In this document: in pieces, positions 63,564-64,000 of the stretch
How positions within the stretch are numbered: the first letter of the stretch is position 1
Layout of the letters: each line of letters starts with the position of its first letter
Origin: Saccostrea echinata
Taxonomy: Eukaryota
DNA: 64,000 bases
Reading direction: 5' to 3'
NCBI RefSeq assembly: GCF_033153115.1
Contig: NW_026889752.1
Span: 3,038,001-3,102,000, forward strand
Position numbers and translations under genes: made by a program
The notes under the pieces: generated by a model
Told to the model about the DNA's origin: nothing
The model's database searches: none
What the model saw: only the letters and a program-made list of their open reading frames with translations

Positions 63564-64000
63564 GTAAGTTTTGCGAAGAAAATACTTTCATTTTGTATCC
63601 TTTTTTGTAACTTAGGTACTATATGGATAAACTGATTAACCAGAATTAAGCAATGCTCAATTACATCTTTGTTCAAAATTGTGAACAATTATTAATTTGA
63701 ATTGTTTTCCAGATTTTAACCTGTTACTATATATAGGAAATCTGAAAAAGTATAAACAAATTCATATCAATACCGTTTGGACATTTTTCTTGGGAAATTT
63801 GTGCTCAAATCTAATTGTGCTACAGTACCTCGTGATTATATATGTTATTCTCATTAAATATGAACAGTTTTTAATATATGATAGCTGGAAAAATGACGTG
63901 CAAACAGACCAACAGTATGGAAATAAAAATATGCATCTTCATCTAAATCGATATTTCAGACAACGTTACGACATGAACATGTAACAAGGGCTAGACCTTT

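Overview
AT-rich, intron-rich eukaryotic (animal) DNA. Its repeat content (a 166-bp satellite carried in Helentron-like elements, Penelope-like remnants, a tRNA-SINE) suggests a bivalve, probably an oyster (inference). Genes rebuilt by hand from splice sites and reading frame: (1) the 3' part of a group I-like metabotropic glutamate receptor (+, 1-14154); (2) a Tctex1-domain dynein light chain (-, 16017-18412); (3) a complete FIG4/Sac3 phosphoinositide phosphatase (+, 21507-50474, ~23 coding exons plus a candidate cassette exon, one U12-type intron); (4) an intronless class A GPCR (52860-54212); (5) a small TM + coiled-coil + single dermatopontin/HAAF-repeat gene (56405-58077); (6) part of a Cys-rich uncharacterised gene at the right end. 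FIG4 intron 4 holds an apparently intact two-ORF PIF/Harbinger-superfamily transposon with two further elements nested in it. Many MITEs, a likely AcademH-type element and a minimal hammerhead ribozyme are also present. The most unusual signal is a recurrent class of minisatellites whose unit is a copy of the adjacent exon end plus its splice site, expanding into the intron. It is clear at four FIG4 donors and one mGluR acceptor, degenerate at a fifth FIG4 donor and possible at two more.
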